Virus record (IMG/VR): IMGVR_UViG_3300025679_000005
Direction: 5' to 3' (one strand)
DNA: 64,000 nt
From: a virus
Lineage: Duplodnaviria; Caudoviricetes
Shown here: piece after piece, positions 36,747 to 46,304 of the stretch
Layout of the letters: each line of letters begins with the position of its first letter
Position numbering within the stretch: the stretch's first letter is position 1
Translations under genes and position numbers: made by a program
Notes under the pieces: generated by a model
Seen by the model: the letters and a program-made list of their open reading frames with translations, nothing else
Told to the model about the DNA's origin: nothing
The model's database searches: none

Positions 36747-38084
36747 ATGACCGAACATTGGGCTGAAGATCTCCAGGCAACGCAGAACGCTCCCGACAAG
36801 CCGGCTCTAACCGATGAGTACAAGGCTGTCGACAAGAACCTGTGGGACATAGTGATGCAGGTTGCCAAGGGGGAACGCCACGACTTTACAAGAGGCGGGC
36901 CAAACGGGGATCGAACCATCAACGCTCCAAATGAAGGTCAGGGGTTCCGTAAGTGGCCCAGTCAGAAGGCAGTGGCATGGGCCATAAAGCAGTACAAGGG
37001 GTTCGGTGGGCAGTGGAAGGGTGACGACGAGAAGAATGCTTCGGAAGACAATGAGTCCTTCGTACAAGCTGTAGCTCTGAGGTATGCGAGCGCAGATGTG
37101 TCACACACTGAGGCAATGCGCCACTACCAACGCAGCGTCCTCGACTTCATGCGGACGGGGTCGTTGATCACAACTGCAACAGGCACAGACGATCACTACT
37201 GGATGCTAGACCTCAGAGACCAAGCCCTGGTCAATCAGGTCCACGCAGCTGAAGGCAGTCACGTCTGGGACATCACTGCCAAGGGTGTTCGTGTGTTCGT
37301 CGCCGGTCTTGAACAGGACCTCGTGCACAAGATGGAACACCTGATCAACACCGAGCCCTACGATGGCAATGAAGCCAAGAAGATCGGTGAGTGGTTTGAA
37401 GCCAACTTCCGTTTCAAGTCTCCGAAGACTCCCAAAGGCCAGAAGGAACTCAAGACAAATTGTGAGCATCTCCATTGGGCTCTAGCGTACGGCAGCACGA
37501 TGTACGCGGGCAGACCGGACGCTTACAAGAGCAATGTCGAGAACCATTGGACATATGTCAAGCTCCACATTGGAGACCTAGTCAAGTACTTCTCTGATGA
37601 GGGCGGGAGGGTAGTCCCCAACGAGCTGAAGATTGGTGCCAATACCTATCTCAACAAGGCAGGACTCGACGAGAAGACGTTGGAGAAATACGCCCATCGA
37701 CTCAACACCGTGATTGAATCCCTTCGAGGATGGCGAGCCAAAGCCCTCAAGGGTGGTGTAAAAGTTATGCTTGTCAGCCCCAGAGACTTGGCGACTGGTG
37801 GCAAGTACAAGACTTCAGAGGACACCTTGATGGTTCGAGCTACGCCGGTCATTTTGAAGCGGGACGCGGGAACGTACGCCAGCTTTGATTATATCGTAGT
37901 CCACGAGCTAGGCCATCGATACGAACATAAGAATTCAGTGCCACAAGACTTCGATAAACCAGAATGGTGGACCTCGAAATACAGCTCCAAGGAGGGCGAA
38001 TCCTTTGCTGAGCTTTTCGCTATTGGTGCCTATAATTTGTCCGGACCTTGGGATCAGCTATTTTGGACCGTTTCGAAAAGATAA
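36747..38084 (+). CDS. Putative zincin metallopeptidase-domain protein
   Basis: VHELGH and SKYS...ESFAELF, the same motif pair as 16786-18435. Confidence 0.6.
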   Translation: MTEHWAEDLQATQNAPDKPALTDEYKAVDKNLWDIVMQVAKGERHDFTRGGPNGDRTINAPNEGQGFRKWPSQKAVAWAIKQYKGFGGQWKGDDEKNASEDNESFVQAVALRYASADVSHTEAMRHYQRSVLDFMRTGSLITTATGTDDHYWMLDLRDQALVNQVHAAEGSHVWDITAKGVRVFVAGLEQDLVHKMEHLINTEPYDGNEAKKIGEWFEANFRFKSPKTPKGQKELKTNCEHLHWALAYGSTMYAGRPDAYKSNVENHWTYVKLHIGDLVKYFSDEGGRVVPNELKIGANTYLNKAGLDEKTLEKYAHRLNTVIESLRGWRAKALKGGVKVMLVSPRDLATGGKYKTSEDTLMVRATPVILKRDAGTYASFDYIVVHELGHRYEHKNSVPQDFDKPEWWTSKYSSKEGESFAELFAIGAYNLSGPWDQLFWTVSKR

Positions 38085-38088
38085 TGGC

Positions 38089-39144
38089 ATGATCCGCTCT
38101 TACCGCTATCCACTGCACCCGCTGAAGGACCAGGAAGTGATCCTGGTCTCCTGGATTGAGAGCTGCCGCCAGCTTTTCAATGGGGCATTGGAAGAGCGGA
38201 AGAGCCACTACTGGAAGTTCAATCGTGGGCTAACTCATTATGAGCAACAGAAGTCGCTGACTATTCTTAGATCTCAGGATTTGGAGTGGAAAGCGATTCC
38301 GGTCATGATTCTTAGATCTGCCCTTAAGCGCTTGGATCATGCCTACAATATGTTTTTCAGGCGAGTGAAGTCTGGAGAAGCCCCAGGCTTTCCACGCTTC
38401 CGGGGTCGTCATCGGTACGACTCTTTCTCGCTGGCGGCATACTTCAAAGTGAGTGAGAAAACCAAAGGGCATTCAGCTACAGTCTCAATCCCGAAGCTTG
38501 GTCCGGTCAAATTCAATCAGTACCGTCCTCACAAGGGTGTGATCAAAGACATCATCGTCAAGCGAGAGGCTGACAGATGGTTTGTGATCTTCCAGTGCGA
38601 TTTGGGAGTAGCCCCTGAGGTCGTGATCGACCCCACGAAGTCCGTCGGCATTGACCTAGGACTCACCCACTTCGGTACCCTTGATGACGGAACAACGATC
38701 GAGAACCCTCGATACTTCCGAGCTGGCCAAGACCTCCTTGCCAAGCGCCAACGCGCCCTGCAACGCAAGCGCCGTGGCAGCCGCTCTCGTCAACGAGCCA
38801 AGATCTTGGTTCAGCGGGCTCACACCCACATCAAGAATCAACGCCTAGATCATGCCAGAAAGCTGGCTAAGTCACTCTTTGAATCGAATGACATTGTCTG
38901 CTACGAGGACCTCTCGATTGCGACAATGATCGAGGGCTCCTACCTAGCGAAATCAATCTCGGACGCTTCCTGGTCAATCACCATTCACTGCCTAAAATGC
39001 AAAGCGGAAGAAGCTGGCAAACTCGCAGTGGCTGTAGACCCAAGAGGGACCACACAGAGGTGTAGTGGGTGCGGAACCGTCGTCCCAAAGGGACTCCGGG
39101 ACCGCGTTCATGACTGCCCAGAGTGTGGCCTCGTCATGGGCTAA
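38089..39144 (+). pseudogene. tnpB: C-terminally truncated TnpB (IS200/IS605 family)
   Basis: YRYPLHP helix, RuvC-I VGIDLG, RuvC-II YEDL, zinc finger CSGC...CPEC; stops at GLVMG before the RuvC-III DxNAA motif. Confidence 0.8.
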
Positions 39145-39184
39145 ACCCTATTGGGCACTACGTAGCAAAGGTAATGGCGTAAAT

Positions 39185-39781
39185 ATGTCAATGATCGGGC
39201 TCAAAATACCTCAAGAGACTGCTGGGATCTTGAGTGAGATCAAGCTGCCAGGTGAGCCTGCGACCGATCTGCACATTACGATCCTTCACCTGGGAGACGC
39301 ACTCCCTATTGGTACTGTCTCCAAGGCTGTCGAAGTTGCCTATGACGTGGTTCAGAAAATACGCCCGTTCACAGTGCTGACCACCAAGGTTATCTGTTTC
39401 CCAGAGGGTAGTAACGGCGTTCCCGTGGTTTGTGAAATAGAGTCGGAGGCCCTTCACGAGCTGTGGGCCAAACTATGCGAGGCCTTTGATGATGCCGGCC
39501 TGGAATACAGCAAAAAGTTCCCGGTATTTCGCCCGCATGTGACCCTAAGTTGGGCTGAAGCCCCGATCAAGCCTATCAAGTTCTCGCCTATCGAATGGGG
39601 CGCTCACGAGCTAACTATCTGGGGTGGGGACTCCGGAGAACGCAAGGTGATGGTGTCGATCCCCATTGCCCCTTTTGGGCGGGCGGCCTCCTCCAAGAGG
39701 GTGGCTTTCGGCTTGAAACTGACCTCGCCCGAGCGAGTGGCCTTGAAGTTCCAGTTGACCCAGGCAGGGATCTGGGAATGA
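39185..39781 (+). CDS. 2H phosphoesterase (LigT/ThpR, 2'-5' RNA ligase family)
   Basis: Two HxT motifs: DLHITI and RPHVTL. Confidence 0.85.
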   Translation: MSMIGLKIPQETAGILSEIKLPGEPATDLHITILHLGDALPIGTVSKAVEVAYDVVQKIRPFTVLTTKVICFPEGSNGVPVVCEIESEALHELWAKLCEAFDDAGLEYSKKFPVFRPHVTLSWAEAPIKPIKFSPIEWGAHELTIWGGDSGERKVMVSIPIAPFGRAASSKRVAFGLKLTSPERVALKFQLTQAGIWE

Positions 39782-39867
39782 CCCAGTATCTACGCACATA
39801 CTGGCTGGAGTTCACTTTTCTAGGCTTGTTTTTGGCCATGGGGACGCTCCTGAACTACCTGTTCTAG
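39778..39867 (+). CDS. Small membrane peptide
   Basis: ATGA-coupled; 29 aa, hydrophobic. Confidence 0.4.
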   Translation: MTQYLRTYWLEFTFLGLFLAMGTLLNYLF

Positions 39868-39894
39868 CTAATCCTTCGATAAATTCGGCCTTAT

Positions 39895-40524
39895 ATGCCA
39901 ACCCAGCTAGAACAAGAGCTGCTGGTGATGCTCGATCAGCACCGCCGAGCGACTGTCACTGAGGTGTCCACGCTCCCAGACCTGATTCCAGAGGCCTTGC
40001 TGTCCCCTAGTGCTCAGGCTGACATGCGGGCAATGGCCTCTATCCAGACTCAGCGAGCTGGCGAAGCTTCGAGATTCACGGCCCGCCCTTACGAGGCGAC
40101 CGTTTCTGCTGAGGCCCTGGCTCCAGCTCCAACAATGGCCCTCGATGAGATCCTGGCGTCCTTGTTCATGGAACAGGCTCAGCGTGAAATCGAGGCGACT
40201 GGCCTACAAACTCCTGCTGAGGGTGTTTTCGACATCGAATTCGAAAACGGGGATTCAGTATGGGCTTCGGTTCAGATCGAATCTCCCCGGGTCGCACGCG
40301 GTTTCGAGTATTCCTCGGCAGGAGAGGATACTAGGGTAGTAGCTCGTAGGTACGGGGGCCGATTTGTACAGGCCCCGCCCCCAATCGTGTCCGTATCTGA
40401 GCGCCGTGAGCAGAGGGTCCAGCAGGCTGCGACAGCGGCCCCACAAAGCAGTAAGGCCCAAGACACCCTCGTACGAAAAAGCTCGTATGAGAGGCTCCTG
40501 GGCCCCAGCGTTCTGGACGAATGA
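39895..40524 (+). CDS. Hypothetical protein
   Basis: 209-aa ORF; C-terminal SSYERL motif. Confidence 0.55.
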   Translation: MPTQLEQELLVMLDQHRRATVTEVSTLPDLIPEALLSPSAQADMRAMASIQTQRAGEASRFTARPYEATVSAEALAPAPTMALDEILASLFMEQAQREIEATGLQTPAEGVFDIEFENGDSVWASVQIESPRVARGFEYSSAGEDTRVVARRYGGRFVQAPPPIVSVSERREQRVQQAATAAPQSSKAQDTLVRKSSYERLLGPSVLDE

Positions 40525-40525
40525 C

Positions 40526-40978
40526 CTAGTTGGCGTTCTTGTTGGGAGCCTCACCGATGGCGGCTTCAACTGTCATCTCGTGGACTTCGAGATAGCCCTC
40601 GATGACGTTGAGAGCTAGACGGGCTAGCTTCAGGCTGGCTTCGTCGTACTTGTTTCTGGCTTGCTGAAAGTCCTCGTAGTACTTGTGGTACCCCTCATTC
40701 AGCGCGAAGTCTGTGAAGTCGTGCTCGTGAAGAGCGACCTCGGCGATTTCATTGGCAATGCCAGCCTTGTCGAACGGGTCGTCAGTCTCCTTGTACTGTT
40801 GGAAGAGTTTCAGCATACGGTTCGAGACACTTTGGGAGTGCTTTCCACCACAATCAGGGCACGACTCATCTTGATTGGCCATCAACATGGGGATCTTACC
40901 AAAAGAAGCGGGCTGTAGTGTGGTGGGTTGTAGTTCACAGTAGGCTTTCTGCTCAGGGAGCACATTAACGTCACACAC
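40526..40978 (-). CDS. Hypothetical protein; start uncertain
   Basis: CPDC motif followed by a helical region. Confidence 0.45.
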   Translation of the reverse strand: MCDVNVLPEQKAYCELQPTTLQPASFGKIPMLMANQDESCPDCGGKHSQSVSNRMLKLFQQYKETDDPFDKAGIANEIAEVALHEHDFTDFALNEGYHKYYEDFQQARNKYDEASLKLARLALNVIEGYLEVHEMTVEAAIGEAPNKNAN

Positions 40979-41062
40979 CCTAACACCAGTATTTTCAACG
41001 TTTTCGCCACAATGAGAGACTTTTCTTTTTGAGCTTTCGCTTTTAGTAGGAGATTTCCCACC

Positions 41063-41734
41063 ATGAGTAAGTTCATCTCGCTACACGACGCCCAGGGACA
41101 GTTCGATTCGGCCCTGCTGCATCGTGTCATCATCGAAAACGCCAAATTCGCCGTCAATGGGGACTTGGGAAGAGTCGAGACGGATCCGGTTTTCAAGCAA
41201 ATAACTGAGAACCGACAGACTTTCAACGGTTACTCCAGCTGCGGAGACCTCATTCACTGGTCGCTCCGACGGGCGGGCCTCCGAGATGAAAAAATAGAGA
41301 ACCGCAGCGACGATGACGGCAAAATACCTTGGCAGGTGTCCGTGAACGTCTCGCGGCTTGTCTACAGCACGGGTTCGAATTTCACACATTGGAAGACTGG
41401 CACCCCATTTGATGGGCAGCCTGGGGACATGGGGATGATCGGCGATGGTGGAGAAGCCCACGTTTTCATCATCGTAGGTGTTTCTGGGAACCAGGTCACC
41501 TCTTACGATTACGGTCAGTTTTTCCAGGGAAAGCATGGCGGCAAGAAGGTCGTACGAACGATCTTTCCACAGGGGGGTCGCCTCGAATTGATTGCCGGCG
41601 GCATTAGCCGTCCCTGGATCGGACGCCTAGACATAGGGTCCTTGCTGAAGCCCTACTTCGACGCCAACACTATCGTCCCCGCTGAGGTAGAGGACGATTT
41701 CGAGATTGATCCCAGCCTGGTCAATCCTTACTGA
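41063..41734 (+). CDS. Possible papain-fold (CHAP/NlpC-like) cell-wall peptidase
   Basis: SSCGDL (Cys) and EAHVFII (His) spacing; next to holin-like genes. Confidence 0.4.
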   Translation: MSKFISLHDAQGQFDSALLHRVIIENAKFAVNGDLGRVETDPVFKQITENRQTFNGYSSCGDLIHWSLRRAGLRDEKIENRSDDDGKIPWQVSVNVSRLVYSTGSNFTHWKTGTPFDGQPGDMGMIGDGGEAHVFIIVGVSGNQVTSYDYGQFFQGKHGGKKVVRTIFPQGGRLELIAGGISRPWIGRLDIGSLLKPYFDANTIVPAEVEDDFEIDPSLVNPY

Positions 41735-42024
41735 TCGTCATCGAAGATACTGTGAACCAGCCGCTCAACCCAGGTAGGGGGCTCTATGGGTGGCTTTGGC
41801 GGATTCGGGTTGGCGTAGACCTGGTCCAAGTGGTGGAGATCAGGGTTCTCTGGTTGAGTATGCTCTAGACGGAATCGTATCTCCATGGAGACGATATCCG
41901 TTCCGTCTAGATCGTAGAGCACAGTTTCCACGTGGGGGTCCTCAGACAGGGATTGGGCTAGATGGCGTAGCTTCAGCTCGCCCTCGTCGTCCGAAACCCT
42001 CAAAATGAGGTACCAGGTGTGCAT
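41728..42024 (-). CDS. Hypothetical protein (probable start MHTWY)
   Basis: GGTGTA 14 nt upstream; C-terminal TWVERL motif. Confidence 0.5.
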   Translation of the reverse strand: MHTWYLILRVSDDEGELKLRHLAQSLSEDPHVETVLYDLDGTDIVSMEIRFRLEHTQPENPDLHHLDQVYANPNPPKPPIEPPTWVERLVHSIFDDDQ

Positions 42025-42075
42025 TTCCACTAAGACCATACACCGTACGAATCCACTTAACAACCGGCATAGGCG

Positions 42076-42489
42076 ATGCTTCTAGCAGTCGTCGGTCAGA
42101 GCCAAGCCACCCAGGCGTTGGATACAATCGCAGGTCAAGGCATCCTGGGGTCGTTGTGTGTCCTCTTGATCATTGCCCTCTTCCTTACCTTGAAGGCACT
42201 GCTGAAGGCCAAGGACGATCGCCACAGTGACCAGAAGGCCATGGCGGATACCCTCCAGAAGCTCAACGAGGCCTTCAACGTGCTAGTGGTGGAGGCCGCC
42301 AAGAGTTCAGCCAATCTCGTCCTGGAGGCCTCTCGAAGCCAGGATGCTATGAAGTCAGCCTTGCAAACTCAAGAGAAGGCGATGGACAACTTCGCGGACA
42401 CTCTCAATGAGCTGAAGAGCGAAGTCACCGATCTCAGGGTAAATGTGGGCTTCATATCACTGACTGTGTCCAAGGGAGACCCCAAATGA
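42076..42489 (+). CDS. Membrane protein with coiled coil, BhlA-holin-like
   Basis: QGILGSLCVLLIIALF transmembrane segment followed by a heptad-rich tail. Confidence 0.45.
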   Translation: MLLAVVGQSQATQALDTIAGQGILGSLCVLLIIALFLTLKALLKAKDDRHSDQKAMADTLQKLNEAFNVLVVEAAKSSANLVLEASRSQDAMKSALQTQEKAMDNFADTLNELKSEVTDLRVNVGFISLTVSKGDPK

Positions 42490-42698
42490 GCTGGCTGAAG
42501 TTCTTGTGGCCGTGGGCTCATCGTGAGCGGGTAGAGGCCGAAGCTAGGACTGACCTGGAGTTCCGCAATCAACTCCGAGAGGCGATGCTTGTTCAGGACG
42601 ACCTCCTTGAAGCAGCTGCCAATATGAAAAAGGCCAGGGAAGAACGCTCGGCCGAAACAACCCCTACTTTCCGAAAAGCATTGAGCAGCAGCTCATGA
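42486..42698 (+). CDS. Small hypothetical protein
   Basis: ATGA-coupled on both sides. Confidence 0.5.
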   Translation: MSWLKFLWPWAHRERVEAEARTDLEFRNQLREAMLVQDDLLEAAANMKKAREERSAETTPTFRKALSSSS

Positions 42699-43267
42699 GG
42701 AACCAAATGTCCGACGAACTAACCAAAATCCTTGAATCCCTACCCCCTGCTCAACTGGATGTGATGCGTAAGCGCTTCCAAGATGAAATCGAGTTGAGCG
42801 GAGCTGCGCATGTTGCAGCTGCCACGAAGTTCCAGGCGGGATTGGATAAAGTCGTGGACGTTCTTCTGATCCTCGTTCTGAAGTTCGCCCGAGCCACGTC
42901 TGCCCTCATTGCAATCGGCTTCGTGCTCATCGTCTGCTTGGTAGTTCTGATTGTCGCCACCGTGAAGGTGCTAGAAGTCTCCAATCAGGTCGCTGAGATC
43001 CAGCAGCATCAGGACGAATTCTCGATGTCTCAGAAGCGCATCGAGGAGTCGACAACAGCTACTCAGAAGCAGGTGGATTCGACTAGCCAGAAGATTGATG
43101 CCACCCAAGCCAAGGTTGACACAGTCGTGGATTCGGCCCCCAAGGTCGAAGTCGATGCCCGAACAGGCAGGGCCAAGATCGTCATCCCAGCGAAGGCAAA
43201 GAAGCCGGCCACAGCTACGGCCCCGGCAGTCGCTAGCTCAAAACCTCTGGAAATCGACCTAAGGTAA
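42695..43267 (+). CDS. Membrane-anchored coiled-coil protein
   Basis: Hydrophobic IGFVLIVCLVVLIVA segment followed by a coiled coil. Confidence 0.55.
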   Translation: MRNQMSDELTKILESLPPAQLDVMRKRFQDEIELSGAAHVAAATKFQAGLDKVVDVLLILVLKFARATSALIAIGFVLIVCLVVLIVATVKVLEVSNQVAEIQQHQDEFSMSQKRIEESTTATQKQVDSTSQKIDATQAKVDTVVDSAPKVEVDARTGRAKIVIPAKAKKPATATAPAVASSKPLEIDLR

Positions 43268-43804
43268 GTTCTTCATCAACGCTTCAAGTTCGGCTTCTGG
43301 GTCCGGGGGCTGTTCCAAAAAGTCTTCGTCCAACCGATCCCATACGGTTCTCACCTGAGTCCCGTGCTCATGGATCGTTCGTATAGGTACTAGGATCATG
43401 AGCTTCGAGTCTTCAATTGAACAGGACGTATAGTCCCTTTGGATAGTCCTAATCTTCAGGGTAGAGCCGAAGATGTTAGTGAGGACGATGTTCTCGGTAA
43501 CTGGCCGTTTGCTGACATCGGCGGCATCCTTTGTGAGGATAGCTTGCCTGATGTTGCCTCTGAATTTGTCCCCGATATAGAAGCGTACGCCTGGGACGAT
43601 CCAAGCTCGGGGTGGGATCAGGAAGTCCAGCTCCCACCATTTCACAGCCTGCTTTTTGAAAACGTCGATGGGGATACGTGTGGGATTGGCATCGCCCCCG
43701 TACCAAACCACCACGTTGTTGTCGGAAACGCCTACGACCTCGAAGCGTGGCTGCTTCGAGGATTCGTTGGAAAGTCTTCCCAGGTCTCCGGCTTTCCAGG
43801 TCAT
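43259..43804 (-). CDS. Hypothetical protein (probable start MTWKAG)
   Basis: TVWDRL motif near the C-terminus. Confidence 0.55.
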   Translation of the reverse strand: MTWKAGDLGRLSNESSKQPRFEVVGVSDNNVVVWYGGDANPTRIPIDVFKKQAVKWWELDFLIPPRAWIVPGVRFYIGDKFRGNIRQAILTKDAADVSKRPVTENIVLTNIFGSTLKIRTIQRDYTSCSIEDSKLMILVPIRTIHEHGTQVRTVWDRLDEDFLEQPPDPEAELEALMKNLP

Positions 43805-43823
43805 GGCTTGAAGTTGATATCCC

Positions 43824-44042
43824 TCAGAGTCTTGCGAACGGCCATGTAGACACGGCCCCGAAGTCCGTATAGGGGCTACCAGGCGCTTTGAGGTTGGGTA
43901 TGCCAGAACAGCCGTCAGAGAGGATGGCGTATTGGAATGCACCCATCTCAGCATCTATCTTGTATTCCCTGGACCCGGCAATGGCATAGTCTTGGCAAAT
44001 GGTGTGGGTTTTGCCCATGCGGAAGAAGTAATCAGCGCTCAT
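43824..44042 (-). pseudogene. Truncated PP2C-like phosphatase
   Basis: GKTHTICQDY...ILSDGCS...DFGA N-terminal motifs, only 72 aa. Confidence 0.6.
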
Positions 44043-44094
44043 ATTTCAACTCAGAAAGGGTCCTAAAGAAGATCCTCAGGACCCTTTCAATTTT

Positions 44095-44841
44095 TCAGAA
44101 CGTGATGGGTGCGCTGGGGCCGCCCGAGCCAACAGACTGGGAGACGCTCGACACAGACTTCGAGATGAAGCCTGCGATGCGGGCGAACGTCTTCGGGGTC
44201 GCGTCCTTGGCTTCTACGTATTGATCGAAGCCGGCCTCGTCCTTGAAAGCAGTCAGGTAACGGCTCACCTCGGAGTCCGTAACGTTGATGCCTACAAGGA
44301 TCGTCATGATCGATTCCAGGGATTCTCCCTTACGAGCACGAGCGACGGCTTCCTTCACGTGGTGGGCTTTCAGCGTCGAGCCTACGTCCATGCCGTCGGT
44401 CAGGATCACAACGACCGCGTTGGTCGTGTACTCTTGATCCTGCAAGGCTTTGCCGTAGGTTGCTGCGGAGTCGACAGCGTTGACACTGGCGTCGTACAGA
44501 CTCGTTGAGCCACTAGGGTGAATGGACCCAGTGTACTTGTCGAGATGGCAATCCGACAGCGGACGGAAGCCGTGTTGCTCTACGACCTTGTGATTGAAGG
44601 TCAGAAAGCGTGTGAGGAGGTTGTCCACTCGTGGAGACTTCTGGCAGGCCTCCAGGCTGGACTTGAGGCAGCCTTCGATCTCTTGAGCGAAGGACGTAAC
44701 GCTGCTGCTCACGTCGGCGGCGATCACCACCAATGTGTACTCGGAAGCGTTTTGAAGGGTGTTTACGTTGGTGCCAGAGAACTGGAACCCGGACCCAGTG
44801 GTCTTGAAACCACTGGCATCGTCATCATCGAAAATCGGCAT
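44095..44841 (-). CDS. von Willebrand factor A (TerY-like) domain protein
   Basis: MIDAS-type DVSSS, TSLYDA, ILTDG. Confidence 0.8.
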   Translation of the reverse strand: MPIFDDDDASGFKTTGSGFQFSGTNVNTLQNASEYTLVVIAADVSSSVTSFAQEIEGCLKSSLEACQKSPRVDNLLTRFLTFNHKVVEQHGFRPLSDCHLDKYTGSIHPSGSTSLYDASVNAVDSAATYGKALQDQEYTTNAVVVILTDGMDVGSTLKAHHVKEAVARARKGESLESIMTILVGINVTDSEVSRYLTAFKDEAGFDQYVEAKDATPKTFARIAGFISKSVSSVSQSVGSGGPSAPITF

Positions 44842-44869
44842 TTTTGGTATTTTCTTTCGTCGTTTGGAA

Positions 44870-45679
44870 TCAGGCGAGGATGTCGGTGGTCGTGCTGGTC
44901 TTCACGCCCTTGGCCTTCATGTCTTTGAGGAAGGTGTCGGCGTATTGGTGGAAGATCGGGAAGTCCACGGGCGAGGTCGCGTCCGTGAGGATGACCATTT
45001 TGCCGTAAAAGGACGGGTCCGGGAAGTTGTCCACAGTGTCGCGGAAGGTATTGGCGAGGCAGTGGCTGAGAGCTTCGCCACCCCACAACATGATGTCGCA
45101 ATCCATTGCCGCTTGGATGAAGTTTTGGTTGATCTGAGTGCTAGGATCATTCGGATCGGGCACTTCCGCTTTGACCGCCGAGAAATGCTCCGTCCAGGGG
45201 TTGGAACCCTTGGTGAGGACCTCGGACATGGCGTAGCGCTTTTCTTCCCAACCATGAACCGCTGCGGAGATGACGGGGGCGATGTTGTGGCCTTCGTCAC
45301 CGATGATACAATGCTCCGGCCAAATCGTGTGCGGATAGCGACCGGTAGCACGAAGGGCTTTGAGGTACTTTAGGGTACGCTCTTTGGCGCCGAGCTTGCG
45401 AGTCGTCCACTTGCCAGTCTCCAGGTCTTCCGGAGAGATGACGGTGTACGGCGGTGGCGGATTGCCATTGGAGTCCATGAACCACATGGGGTGACTGATG
45501 TCGACCTTGTGGTGGGAGTCCATCGTCAGCGTGATGTCGGACAGCTTGTCCTGAAGACGCTCGACCATGCGGGCAATCCGCTTGATGTTCTCGTCTGCGC
45601 CCTTGACGAAGAGGGCGCCGTTGGGGTTGGTGAAGTCGTTCTGATCGTCGATGCAAACTAGATGTACTTTGAGAGCCAT
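44870..45679 (-). CDS. Nicotinamidase/isochorismatase-family cysteine hydrolase
   Basis: IDDQNDF, DSH, WPEHC, KGSNP, EALSHC. Confidence 0.85.
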   Translation of the reverse strand: MALKVHLVCIDDQNDFTNPNGALFVKGADENIKRIARMVERLQDKLSDITLTMDSHHKVDISHPMWFMDSNGNPPPPYTVISPEDLETGKWTTRKLGAKERTLKYLKALRATGRYPHTIWPEHCIIGDEGHNIAPVISAAVHGWEEKRYAMSEVLTKGSNPWTEHFSAVKAEVPDPNDPSTQINQNFIQAAMDCDIMLWGGEALSHCLANTFRDTVDNFPDPSFYGKMVILTDATSPVDFPIFHQYADTFLKDMKAKGVKTSTTTDILA

Positions 45680-45759
45680 GCGTCATTTCCTTAGGGTTGT
45701 CGATTCCCCAAGGCTTTACACCGGATCCCTCAGATTCAGGTCAGCGAGACTTAAAATTG

Positions 45760-46032
45760 TTATACTCGTCCGGATAACACCATACTGGAAATGAAAGACT
45801 TGGCTATATCCGGGCACTTAGCGATGATCGCCGGCACTGTAAAAAGATGCTTGCCGTCATCCTCGACGCCCTTATACCGCGGGGCTATCACAAAGGCATC
45901 AGGTAGCCCTTGACTCATGGCCGATCGGACAATACTAGCTGAGGCATGCGCCTCCTCTTCGGACGGGCCTACCACCTCTACGTATGCGGTCAACATATTG
46001 TGGCGGTACGAGACTGCTCGGATTACTTTCAT
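45760..46032 (-). CDS. Hypothetical protein
   Basis: 90-aa ORF. Confidence 0.4.
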   Translation of the reverse strand: MKVIRAVSYRHNMLTAYVEVVGPSEEEAHASASIVRSAMSQGLPDAFVIAPRYKGVEDDGKHLFTVPAIIAKCPDIAKSFISSMVLSGRV

Positions 46033-46304
46033 GCCAGGTAGAACGGATCCCGACAGTGAAAGTTAACCCGTCCTAGGCTTACGATGAAGACGCTTCCACA
46101 GACGGTGTCGTTGCTCGTTCAAGTCGTTCACAGCGTTGCGGGCCGCCTCTTGCTCGTCTTTTCGAATATTTGAACTGAGGAGCCTAGCCAACTTCGATCA
46201 TTTCTTTATTCAATTCTGCTTTAGTTTCGCGTACTTTGGACATCCGCAGAACCTAAGTTTTGGTGGGGTATAATGTCAAGGCCGTCTTGGCCGTTTGGAG
46301 GCAC

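Noticed and set aside
46070-46243. Possible small minus-strand gene split by a frameshift (MSKVRETK.../SKLARLL...)
   Set aside because: Both halves are short with no recognised family; cannot distinguish real gene, decay or sequencing error
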